In this document: positions 9,386-21,012 of the stretch, in pieces
Position numbering within the stretch: position 1 is the first letter of the stretch
How the letters are laid out: each line of letters starts with the position of its first letter
NCBI GenBank assembly: GCA_051530055.1
Contig: CM121343.1
Span: 4,341,389 to 4,374,388 of the forward strand
DNA from: Neoechinorhynchus agilis
Lineage: Eukaryota; Animalia; Acanthocephala
Reading direction: 5' to 3'
Length of the DNA: 33,000 bases
Made by a program: the position numbers and the translations under genes
The notes under the pieces: model-generated
The model's input: only the letters and a program-made list of their open reading frames with translations
Database searches by the model: none
Told to the model about the DNA's origin: nothing

Positions 9386-11899
9386 TCTAATTGATGGATT
9401 GGTTCAAAGAATCGGTAACTTTGAGCATGGTATAGCTTAGGTGGAGGATATTTGTCTGATAATTATATAGGGTGTGGATTTCTTTGAACAGTTGATGCCG
9501 TGATGTAAGAGGAGGGTGCAAGGAACTGGATTCTAGTAAGCTTTTGTGGCACAACAAAATGCTACTAGAGCTCTCACATTCAATTAAAGTTTGGTCGATC
9601 GTCTTTGTTAACTTCGCTTCATCACCAAGCATACTTTTGGATCATTATCCAAGATGCATACATCGTTTTCGACTGTTCTTCATTCAATCATGATTATGGA
9701 CTGGTGGTACATGGGAGGGTGTGTGAGTATAGAATGGCAGCTTAAATCTAAAGCATCCCCTCCATTCCCACTCAGAGTAAAAACGTCATATGTGGGAATG
9801 GCAAAATTAAATTAGGGTATGTGATTGTACCGTAAAGTCTATGCTATGCAAAATGCTTCAACGCAAATGGAAGAGGAACATTTGCCGGGACATCCTTAAA
9901 TCTTAATCGATTTCTAGCAGCGGCAGCAGCTGTAGTGACTCCTAATTTGGAATTCATTTTTAGACACATTTTTTTGTTTCCAACTAATTTTCAAGTAATG
10001 AATAGAAAGGACTTTACCAAGACAGCCTAAGAACACCCACTCGGATAAATATACCGAATGTAGTTTATCGATGTTTTGATTTGGAGTACTTCACCGTACT
10101 CTCACATCGTGCTTGTAATTAATTTGCTTTCTTGTCTTATGAGATGAAACCCAAATTCATTAACACAAGAAAAACTTTCGATTTTTATCCGGCATACAGC
10201 CAAAAATTGATTTCAACTTGCTCGCTCAAATGTAAACTCCGTGGTGATAGGCCGGGTAACATGAGTGGCACCACATTAATTTAATTACCGTAAAATTGAT
10301 TCCGCGTCACTGAAGTCATTGATAGCTTTTAAGTGAAAAATCATTTGCTATATTCGTGGAAATCAATTCACAAATCTACTAAACACGTTCGGTGATTGAT
10401 TTTTTATCTTTAAGGTGCACATTTACGGACACATGTCGATATTTAGTGCCGAATACAAAATAAAACCTATATCGATTACCTATTTTGAGGTTCTTAGATA
10501 ACCTGGTAGGATCTTTAGGATGTGCTATTTTTAACTTACTGATTCGTATTCATTGCAAATCTTGGAAAGGCCTAATTAACAACAAGGAAACTAAGATTGA
10601 AAATTTGCGGAATTCATTAATTAATTGCGAAAATGGATATATTCAGCACGATTAGTTTGTAAGCTTTATGTTTCTAGCATTTTAATATGGGATTGGAAAA
10701 CGACCACTACTCAACCGGCTCCAGAATGTGAATCGAGCGTTGTGCTCTCCGTCATCGTCGTGCGCAACTCATTTAATATCTGTTAAGGTTTCGCCTTTTT
10801 CCCAACCCTGAATGTTATCCGTTCAAAGTTTGTGGAACGAATGTGACGCTTCAGAAAATGGATTTAATCTTCTGTTAATTGAAGGTAGTGGTTGGTCCGA
10901 ACATCGGCGCCAAAAAGCATGCTTTACAATCTTCATATGATTCGATTAGTTCTTCAATCAATTTTCTTACTATTTAGTATCCTGTACGGTTTCCATCTTC
11001 ATTCAGTGGCAATGAAAGTCTTGGATGGATCTAACATCTTGGTCATTTCCTTCCCCGTAATCTCTACCATCATTTCTCTAGTTATTTCGGATAATTCGTC
11101 ATCTTAGCTGACCCGAATCTTCTCTCGATCTGTTGATTGATTAACTTCAAGATTCGAGACCGATAATTCGTCCCTTCTAAGTACATGAGCACATAACGTG
11201 GAAAGCGTCCAAATTCTTGTTAGAAATATTCTCCAAGGAAGCGACTCCAAACTCATTCTTATTGGTCAGTTTTGCTTGTGAATCATCTTGATTTCTTTAT
11301 GAAACATTTAAAATTCCAATCGTGAATCTGGGGTCGTCCCTGACAAGATAGTTTAATGTGGCATTTTCTGATACATTGTTGCCTGTTTCTTTGATATCTT
11401 AGCCTGGTTATCATTGCATGCTAATAAATGTTTCCACCTTTTCAAGAGAAAGTGTTTATTTAAGAAGACGGTTAGCGCAGATTAACTCGGTTTCTATTTC
11501 GATACACGTCGATCGAAGTAGACTCGATTTCAATATTTGATTTTTTATGTGGGCGAACTTTTTGATTTGTGGTGATAATAGTTTCGGTTAAAGGTTATTT
11601 TATTGTTAAGATATATTTCGCGAGACGAAACCTCGCCTCGTCAGTTATTGTAAAAGTGTTTAATTCGCATTTGATAAGCGACAATCCTCGCGTTGACTCC
11701 ATGAACCATTCACTCCTTCTCCGGACCTGCTCTGATTTCGTTCTTAACTTGTAGCAGATCCACTCGCTTGCCTCTTATCTTCAAAATCGCAACCAATACT
11801 TTCATTACCGGGCAACCTCCTCGATGATCATTCAATCCCTCACAAAAGACGTATCTTAAGGTGCCGTCCTGTCACCACTTATCTTTAATATTTTCCTAA

Positions 11900-12730
11900 A
11901 CGAACTTAAGCTTTTCACTCTAAACTTTTCTTATTTGCCAACGATATCACCCTCATCACCCATTCACCACCCCACCTCTACACGTAAAAGATTTCTGCAC
12001 CAACCATAAACTCCAGCCTGAATTTCTCTAAATGCTTCGAAATTATCCCTTCGCTCCCGCAACATCACATCATCTCCTCAACTTCTAAATGACATCCAAC
12101 AAGTCGCCTCCCTCAAAATTCTGGGTATCCAATTTTAATCCCTTTAAAATTTAGCTCCTCAAACGCCTCCGACACCTAGGAATCCCCTCACCCAATCTCT
12201 ACAAATTTTAGTTCAGCTTTATTTTGCCATTCCTCACCTACGGTTATCCGTATTTTGCAAACTTTCCAAATCTCCATTCCGTCATCTTGAAATGTTTCAC
12301 GGAGAAGAGCTTCTAAAATTTGCACAGTTGATTTTCCCCTGCTCACCGAATGCCTTTATAAAATGTTCAACAAACAATCAAAACGCCTCTGAACCCTGGA
12401 AGCAAAAATTTTCCCACATTTTATTCCCCGCCTTTCGTCTTCTTTCAATTTGCGCTCCTTTCGAATATCAGAACTTGAAATGAACCTGAGGAAAGACCAA
12501 CCTTACAAGCGCTCCTGCAAACAATATCCGCCAATTACCATCAGAACGGACCTTCCAACCCGACTGGATATTCCCATCCGTCCAATCCAGTAGTCCACTC
12601 CAAAAATCAATGAGCGCGTTCATTGAACAAATCAGAACTCGAGTGTTTTCACGAGGACTCAAACGGGGACACGGATTCCCTTCTTTTTTGTGTGCTATGA
12701 CAAATAAACGTGTTATTATTGTTATAATGG
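11900..12730 (+). mobile_element. Decayed 3' fragment of a LINE (CR1/L2-like ORF2 RT thumb and C-terminal region)
   Basis: LKILGIQF (12112-12135) and LLKRLRHLGIPSPNLYKF*FSFILPFLTYGYPYF (from 12155) resemble the RT thumb and post-thumb motifs, with stops and frameshifts. Shares sequence with 21640-22080 (CTCACCGAAT, GAAATGAACCTGAGGAAAGAC, ACTCGAGTGTT) and a similar AATAAA(A)CGTGTTATT 3' end. Confidence 0.65.
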
Positions 12731-13199
12731 GCGTTTGTATATCCGTTTTATCGTTTGAACACAAGAAGCCAACTTTTTACGATCAATCTTTACTGGTGTC
12801 ATCACTTATTAGCTCAAACTGGATTTAGCAGAGAATAAATAGCATTATTTCGATTAAGTGATAATCCAATTAGGAAACTAATGGCTGTAAGTAGATCTTC
12901 TGGGCGGTTGACGAAAGTTGAGAATATTTCTCGTCATTATATGACTGCAGTCAAAAATTAACGTATACTTTTATTTGACGGTTCATTGAAAAGGTTCACA
13001 AAATGTTCAATTTCCAAAAAAGATTTTAATGGCACATATTTGTGGCCCGCCGACAACACAGACGTGAATTTAGTTTTTCCGTTAAAAGGGGACTTTAAGT
13101 TTCCAATGGATCATAAATTTAAGTGAGATATATTCTAGCGTTATTCAGCGACTGGTACAAAGTAAAATACTGTAAAAATGTTCATCATTTACTTTTTGA

Positions 13200-16100
13200 T
13201 AGCGAATTAAAATAATATAATTCACTCTTTTCGTTCACAAATTCCTCCTTTTCGTCCAGTTCTGCAGCTGTCGTCATGATTGTTCGGCAGGTTCCTTGAT
13301 GGCCGCGACATTGCCGCGTTGGATTGCCGCGCTGATTCGCTGCACCAGGAAGCTGCTGATGGCATATTTCAGCATCTTTCCCAGTCGAGAAAGGAAATAA
13401 TCGGTTTCTTTTCCGAGGCGTCCCAGCGTTTCCACCGCAATCGGGATGAATATATATTGATGTCCATCGAGCGAGGAGTACTTATGCCGCTTCTTTTCCT
13501 CGCTGAGACTGGCGACTGCTCCCGCCTTTGAGGTGGCATCCCGTAAATGGGACGCCGCGAGCGTGTTGGGGTAGGTAAAATCCCAAACCAGTATTTTCCC
13601 AGAGTACCATGGGAGGAGAGTCGCTCCATCAGAGCGTTTACCGTCGTTCCGGGAGAGTCCAACTGGTTCGAGTCGAGCAGGAAAATCGGCCGTAGAGAGG
13701 GCTTCCTTGATTATGCGGTTGACTGCTGAGTGCCGTGCTTGGCGAGCGTTTGAACGCTTGCAGTCAAGGCCGTGAGTTCCCGATCACTGTCTCACCGCAC
13801 CGACGTGTATACGAGAATGAGAAATCGATGCCCAACCGAAGTCCCACAGCGACGGTGATGGCTTGCCAACAGCCGTGACCGGGAAAGCCTTCAAGACGTC
13901 GCTCGAGTGTGAAGCCGAGACTGCCAGGAGACGAGCTCTATCGGTGGGAGATGAGCATGAGTTGAGAAACTGCTGATAATACGCAGTGTGGAGCAAGGCA
14001 GTCCAACGTTTTTGGGAGTTTGTTTCCGTTGGAACGACCTGTCCGAACACTGACGTCCATTGAACGTGCGCTTCGACCAGTTCAGGTGATGGATACGACT
14101 CAAATCGAGTGTGTGGTGGGATGATTCTTAGCACCAGGTCTGAAGAGACCAAAATCGACGACGAAAAGGCAGCAATCGCTACTCGATGGCACTCTGGATG
14201 CCAAGACCGCTGAATCGAATGGGAAGGATCACCTATTTCCATGCTGTGTCGGACAGTCGTAGGTTAAGGACTTCTGACAGGGTTGATCGAACGCGGTTGT
14301 CGAAATCCCTTGTGAGTACTGACTTGAAGCATGGAGAAGTCCTCAGAAGGTAAGCAGCGATCTTCGGTAGCGAAAGACATCGTCCTAATATATATAAAGA
14401 GCGTCGTGTCGCGCGATGTGCAAGAGCCTGATGGCAGTGAGCCGTAATTAATCGATGGTTTTTGAGAGGAACATTTCCAGGTTAGACAGGTTACCGATTG
14501 GAGACCCGAGAATGTCAGATGAGTCGGTTGCGGTTGTCTTTGCTCCGGGTAGTACGGTGAGCAGTCTCTATGCATCCTCTTGGTTGTCCGAAATTATTTC
14601 GCATTTGTCCGTTCTCATGAATAGTCCGATATCGCCACCCATTTCGGAGATGTTTTTGATGTCGCAGATGAGCTGGTCGATCTCCCCTCCGATGCAACAG
14701 TCATCGAGGTACCAGATCGATAACTCTGACGAAGAGCTGTGGACAGGATGACTGATCGTCAATGCGAACAGCAGAGGGCCTAGAGGATCACCTTGTTGAA
14801 CACCCTCTGCTAATTTGACCTGGAACTCTCCGAACAGCAGCATGCTGGACTGGTCGTAGCACAAGGACACATACGGGTAGATTTCTGGTAGGTGATGATG
14901 GACAGCCTCTGTTATTGCGGTGCGGCATATTTAATTCAACGCGTTCTCCATGCCAAACATGACCATGGCCGTTCCCTTATATATACCATTCCGACTATAC
15001 GCTCGTGCTGCATGTACGGCCGCATCGGCTCCAGCAGGAACTCCGACTCCTAATTTAACCGGCAAAAGTTGATCGAATAATCGATCGGTGGCAAACTGAC
15101 ATGTGACTTTGGATGCCAATCGACGGAAGGTACAACCCACGGCAATGGGACGAACCCCTCCACCTTTTTTGGTGAAAGCGATCAGCTTGGCACCGCAGAG
15201 TAGACGTGCGACTGGAGGAGGTACGGAACCGCGAATGATTATGCGTATGAGCTCGGTGATTGCGTTCAGCAATCGTGTCCCTTGAGCTTGAGAAGAGAAG
15301 CAGGTCAAATCCCGTAAGTGTCGAAGGCTCAAACCATCATGCCCTCCAGCTGACGATGGCGGAAACGACATCAGAGCGGAAGTGACTGTGGAGACTGTAA
15401 TGGGTATGAGGGTGTCGCGATCGGGCTCTGTCTGTACCTTCCGTCTGCGTGAAGGGTGCTTCAATTTTAAAGAGTCGAGGATGTCCTTGTTCGGCGCGAG
15501 TAGGCGGTCCGTTCCGCTTACAAGTCGAACGGCACCCCTCAGATCGCCGTCCTTCAGCTTCTCGGAGCATTTCGCGCGGAGTTGAGAGCCCGGGTCGTGA
15601 GGAGCACTACGGCGATGGGTCTGCATTCCAAGATGATCGACTTGTTGAATGGACGCGAAAGCGTCGGACCTGTTGCGAATATCTTGGCCAAGCGATTGAT
15701 TCTCGTTGGCTTCAGATGTTTGTGTGGGAACACGTAAGACTGCTTTCTGAAACGCGAGGAGGTTGAACCAGTAGGATGGTACGGTTGGATCACGTAGGAT
15801 GCGGTCAACCAGGCATGCTAATTTGGAGGCTACTGAGGGCCTGGCGCCTCGTGGGATTCATCTAATCATGCGGGGACCGTGTGAGAGCATCTCGATCAGT
15901 GGTGGAGGTGGGCCATTCGTGTCTGTGACCAAAGTTGTGAGTTCGGTTGGATTGGACGGGTTGGATGAAGACGCAGAGGCAGACTGAGTTGGCGGTTTTC
16001 TGGATCCAGGGCAATCCGACCCATTTCGACTGTGGAAGCGGACGAGACCACGGAGAGTCGGTTTGAAGTCACGAAGACAAACACTGCATTTGACCGATTT

Positions 16101-16200
16101 GCATTGGAGACTGGGCAACCCCTCGCCAGCGAGCAAAAAAGCCGGCGCGGCGGACGTTGTTACGGTGGATGTTCGAGATATTCTCTTTCAGAGAAGATTC
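13200..16200 (-). mobile_element. CRE-clade non-LTR retrotransposon (ZnF - RT - CCHC - RLE), near full length, inactivated by stops and frameshifts
   Basis: N-terminal CSVC..H..C finger (16136-15858). RT segments: SAGGHDGLSLRHL, KKGGGVRPIAVGCTFRRLASK, QQGDPLGPLLF, WYLDD and GLGIRSAT. Zinc knuckle GTHGLDC..RHSAVN. RLE: KRSDGATLLPW..LVWDFTYPNTLA..EEKKRHKY..PIAVETLG..QRISAAIQRGN, ending near 13274. The RT motif normally DFxNAFN reads GMENALN followed by a stop. Element boundaries are approximate and no TSD was found. Confidence 0.92.
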
Positions 16201-16434
16201 CGCTCGAGTGACAATTGAATTTGTAATGAAATCGTTGCTTGTAAGTTTTTAAATATGCGAAACAAATAAATTTCGTTTACAGAACCAAGGGAAGAAACAA
16301 AAATAAATGAAACAGTGTACACAAAGATCTTTTCTAAATAAAATTTAAAAAATATAATACTGCCTAATTTCAGTTATAATACTTCATATCAATATTTTGC
16401 TTAACAACCGTATTCTTTTTAGTTCATCCTGGAT

Positions 16435-16848
16435 ATGAATTCAATCAGTTACACCAAAAATATGCAAATCGTGCCTTACCTTTACGTTGGATCGAAACGC
16501 GATTTGGAATATGTGAAAAAGTACAACAGTTACGATATACAATAAATCTTAAATTGCTGCGAAGTTGAGAAAACACCGATCGAGGGAGTCGACCGTAATT
16601 ACATGTTCACAAAAAACGAAACAATCGCCGCCGCGTATTTAATGTTGGGCACGGGAGTTTCTATAGACGAAGCCTTAAGTGCCATAAAGAATCTACGACC
16701 TATTGCCAGACCAAACACTTCATTCCTTAGGCAATTAAATAATTACTCAAGATACCTGGAAAGTGATTCGAACGACAAAAGGATCGATCTTTTGAATTCG
16801 TCGATGTCTCTGAGAGACAGGACGCTGATAAGGAGATTGGCTAGATAA
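16435..16848 (+). pseudogene. Dual-specificity protein phosphatase (DUSP/VH1-like) pseudogene
   Basis: One frame reads QIVPYLYVGSKRDL..YDIQ*ILNCCE..(gap)..TIAAAYLMLGTGVSIDEALSAIKNLRPIARPNTSFLRQL. There is an in-frame TAA at 16543-16545. The general-acid loop and the HCxxGxSRS catalytic loop are missing. No introns. Confidence 0.8.
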
Positions 16849-16872
16849 AATTGATTTTAACATGATTATCCG

Positions 16873-17228
16873 TGTCTCAGTTGGTTGCCTTTTTATCGAT
16901 TTTGGGCTAAGATTAGGATTTTTACTACCCATCGATTTGTTGTAGGGAAGCGCATGAAGTCACTTAAAACCCAAGAGCAATACGGTAATGAGTTCTTAGC
17001 TTTCCTCCCAATTCTCAAATACCTCCCGAGGAAGCTGAACTCATCAGTGGGTTTCCTATTCCATTCAGCGGTGAAACATTCGAACCCCTCGGTCCACTTG
17101 ACCTTCTCGGCACAACTGCGGAATGTGCCACATTAGCCCGGTAAAAGCTTTTCGACTTTAAAATCTAATGACTGTCTCAGTTGGTTGCCTTTTTATCGAT
17201 TTTGGGCTAAGATGAGGATTTTTTACCA
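16873..17228. repeat. Pair of ~53-bp direct repeats spaced exactly 300 bp apart
   Basis: TGTCTCAGTTGGTTGCCTTTTTATCGATTTTGGGCTAAGAT(T/G)AGGATTTTT(T)AC at 16873 and 17173. Confidence 0.9.
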
Positions 17229-17395
17229 AACACGACTGAATTACGGACACACAACAAACAATAGCGCTTCCCTGTCCGAAATCACAGTGCTATGTATCCA
17301 CAATTTGGCCGATTTGCGACGTGAGCGCAACAGTAAGAAGTCCGTATCGACCGACATTTCCGGTAGACATATATCATTGTCCTCGGGGTGAATTT

Positions 17396-17611
17396 GATTG
17401 TACGTTGACGAATCCTGCCCCCGGTGTTGTCGATACTCATTTATTTGAGAAATATTTCGTAAGTTATTCCTTGCCTTTTCAGTCTCTATTGACTCGAATA
17501 TTTAAAACTTAGAAGCAATAGCGACTCAAGAGGCAAGGAAAACCTTGCGAAATATTTCTCAAATAAATGAGAATCGACAACACCGGGGACAGGATTCGCC
17601 AACGTACAATC
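17396..17611. mobile_element. MITE-like foldback element, 216 bp
   Basis: Near-perfect inverted arms of about 80 bp: GATTGTACGTTGACGAATCCTG..GAGAAATATTTCG..TTCCTTGCC and GGCAAGGAA..CGAAATATTTCTC..CAGGATTCGCCAACGTACAATC. Short non-coding spacer. Confidence 0.8.
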
Positions 17612-18347
17612 TCCGGTAGAATTCTACCGTTTTAAAAATTGTTATTTTCCCAATTGACTTGGAAGAACTCGCACTAATTGAAAAAGCGACTGATGTAATT
17701 GGGTCAGGGCGTGTGGTTTTATTTCTTGTCTCAAAAGCTCAATGTTCGATTCGGCAAATGATTTGTGATGTTTATTTTTTACGGCTATCTGAATTGATTC
17801 GGACTAATTTCCGTTTTCCTACAACGCCCGGAATCCCGGACTTCTAATCTTGGTGACGAGACATGTCTCTAACCTTCTAGTTAAGTTTTATCGCTCAAAA
17901 AGTTCACCATCATTTTATTTATATTCAAAATGGTCAGTTTTGTTTCATTCTCCACGTCAATTATTGCAAAGAATTCGTTTTTTGTTTTATTGCGCATACA
18001 CTCAAGGTCTTTTTTAAAGATCCATAAATTTGTAGTTAGTAGTAGGAAGAGAAAGGAAGTCTCGAGTCAGAACGGATCTCAGTACTTCCCGGACTCCTTT
18101 CCCTCCATAGAAAAAACTAACCTGTTTATTAGTCTAAAATGAGGACTCAATTACACAATAATTTCGAGTTTGTCTTTTTGAATTAAATTAGTGAATAAAA
18201 TATAAGAAGCTTTTTGGAGGGATTAAGTTTTATCAGAATAAGATCAGGCTTGATATTTAGTGCCCTCGCATTAAAAGAGATTAAACAAATTTCATTGTTA
18301 AAAAGTAAAAATATTGCAAAGAAGTTTTTCATATGTATATATGTATT

Positions 18348-18455
18348 TTTGGTGATGAGAAAAATAGAAATTGATTTATTAATTCTCAATATTTGGTCCG
18401 TCTCTTCGACGAATTGAAAATTAATAAATCAATTTCTATTTTTCTCATCACCAAA
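18348..18455. repeat. 108-bp AT-rich hairpin with a perfect 37-bp stem
   Basis: TTTGGTGATGAGAAAAATAGAAATTGATTTATTAATT (18348-18384) is the exact reverse complement of 18419-18455; further imperfect pairing continues inward. Confidence 0.9.
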
Positions 18456-19413
18456 GTCAATTATAGCGTCTTAGTTTTAGTATTGGCCATTATGAGTATA
18501 GAAATTTATCTTGTTCTAAAGTCGCTAAGCTAATTCCTTAGAACGAGATAATTCGAAACAACCACTCTGACGGAGATTTATGTGATCGTATTGATTTGCC
18601 TTGGAGTTAATCACGCCATGTATTTTTTCGGAAAAAGGTTCTATTTTTCATAGAAAAGTACAAGCGAGAGATGTCGGCGCTTAAAATTCGTTCTCTTACC
18701 GACCTCCATAAGAATTTTCTAGGCCGATGATACTCAGATATGCGCCTCGTCGAATACCGGACAAACAATTACCACATTACAAGATCTCAAACGCGATTTC
18801 GCGAATCGGCGCGTTCATTTTTGCCGCAATGGTTGCTGCAGTTGCGTATGTGTATCGATTTTGTTGGATTTATCAATACTTTCATTAGAGATTTAGGGTG
18901 AGGAATTATCGAGAGAGAAATTTATCCGATACCATAGATAGACGCGATATTGATCAACTCGATGATGGTCAGTATTTTCAGAATAAAAGCCCCGACAGGA
19001 TTACTTTCAAATTGGCACAAAACATAAAATTATTTTTATTCGATAGTTAAAAAAGTGAATACATACGAATTGACCGAATTCCTACGGGACACCGGCGGAA
19101 CTTCATCAGTTTAAAACTTCTTGATTCATATGAATTCTTATCTCGTGGTATAGAAATTCTTTTAAAGGAAATTTAGACCCTAGACCTTTTTGTAAAAATA
19201 AAGAATAACGATTTTTGTTTGAAAATGATATTGATTCTGTGCATCAAAGTTTTTTTTATTTTAAGCCGTGCTATCGGATGGTCAATTGAAGAACTACTTG
19301 AAATATCGGCAAATCATGGATCAAACAAAACGCCTTTCACTTGACAAATCCTACGAAGAATAAATTTAGTCTTTTACAAAATACTTTATTATGAAGAAAG
19401 TGTGTCGGAGACC

Positions 19414-19832
19414 AGAAGCAGACAACTTTGGATGGGTATGGGACCATTTAGAATCAGAATATCCGAGGATGGCACCAACAGGAAGGAGACAACCTTAGGT
19501 GGGGATATGGCCATTAAGAAACCGAAAATCCGAGGATGGCAGTGACCATTAAGAATCAGAAAATCCAAGGATAGAACCAACAGGAAGCAGACAACCTGAG
19601 GTGGGGATATGGCCATTAAGAAACCGAAAATCCGAGGATGGCACTGACCATTAAGAAACCGAAAATCCGAGGATGGCATGAACAGGAAGCAGACAACCTA
19701 AGGTGGGGATATGGCTATTAAGAAACCGAAAATCCGAGGATGGCATGAACAGGAAGGAGACAACCTGGGGTGGGAATGGGACCATTAAGAATCAGAAAAT
19801 CCGGGGATAGCACCAACATGAAGCAGACAACC
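19414..19832. repeat. Two-module minisatellite (35-bp X and 67-bp XY units; partial 102-bp higher-order repeat)
   Basis: X = CCATTAAGAA(A/T)C(C/A)GAAAATCCGAGGATGGCA, 7 copies. Y = AACAGGAAG(C/G)AGACAACCT.AGGTGGGGATATGG. Order: XY X XY X XY XY XY(partial). Confidence 0.92.
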
Positions 19833-21012
19833 CTTTAAAGAGCTTTTTAAAGACGTATCTTACCTCGTCGGATTCACCTTTGGCCATTGTTTACAGAGGG
19901 AAATACAAATAAGTTTCCTTCAATCAATGGCTGTTGATGAATCCGGCTGGTTGGAACACCCCTTTTAAGAGTTTATTAAAGTCGTTTCTGTGCTTTCAGA
20001 TTCATTACTAAAGACGTTTAACATTCTAACCCGACGAGTTCCGGTTTTAAAACTTCTGAATAACTCAGATTTAAGACATTCCTTTGTGGGCTTTTTAGTT
20101 TTTCGTCTTGGCATGAAGCCAAAACATATCTCTTTCATCAGAGAAGTGATTGAATCACTAAAACTCTGATGCGTACGGTATACGATTTTTTTGCATCCCG
20201 CCGGATTCTAGTCCACGATCGCCTATGACGTAGCACCAGATTGTACTGAGAAATTTCCTTATTATTCAGCAATTCTCAAGATCCAAGGCACGTCTTTTTT
20301 ATATATGTTGCACTAAAGAACTGCTTTGAACGAGTTTCTGATACTCTAAAGGGTTTATTAACTGAAGCGATGAGCACAGTTAAGGTTATATTAGCGGAGG
20401 ATATTCAGTGTGGAAAGGAAGGGTTCGAGTCAAAAGTACAAAGGGAAAAAGGCTAACGGCTCAAAGAGGCATGCAAAAGGTTCTAAAAGGGAATTTAAAG
20501 AAACAAGGTAAAGGTTTACAGAAATCGGCTAGTGAAGCGTCCACAAAAGGGAATACGGTTTTAGTAGATGCCATCAGTATGGCAAACTCGGTGTTCAAAA
20601 GAGTGCAAATATTTCGACAATTATTAAGGACTTGGTACGATTATTAGAGGATATTCACAGTGTAGTACTAAATTATTTGTGAACTTACTGTGGAGTATGA
20701 TATTAAAACTTTGATAGGTCATAGCGATAGGAAAAGCGAAAGCGATTCAGCCGGAGTAACTACTAAGAACGCTACGGTTGAACAAAAGGTCGTAGAAACA
20801 TCTGAACGAGTAGTAACAAGAGCAAAAGGAGGAACAAATTACTATATAGATATAAGGTTGACACTCAATTCCGATTTCCCTTTAATCTTGGACCACGTCT
20901 CCTCAAAGTAACTTTTAATTCACCACTCGATGACTAACTCGTTCTTAACAAGAGATACAAACTCCTTTTTTACTTCATAACTTTCTTTTCGTACCTATCC
21001 ATTAAAAGCTCT

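Noticed and set aside
10900-11270. Minus-strand stop-interrupted frame (VLRRDELSVSNLEVNQSTDREKIRVS*DDELSEITREMMVEITG) reminiscent of a LINE ORF1
   Set aside because: The similarity is too vague to call by eye; needs a profile search.
13280-16084. Numerous plus-strand and alternative-frame ORFs over the CRE element, and antisense ORFs over VAChT, ChAT, Piezo and the 7TM gene
   Set aside because: These are shadow ORFs of GC-richer coding sequence.
19850-21000. Short ORFs and weak internal duplications at 19.9-20.9 kb
   Set aside because: Multiple stops in all frames and no recognisable motifs.
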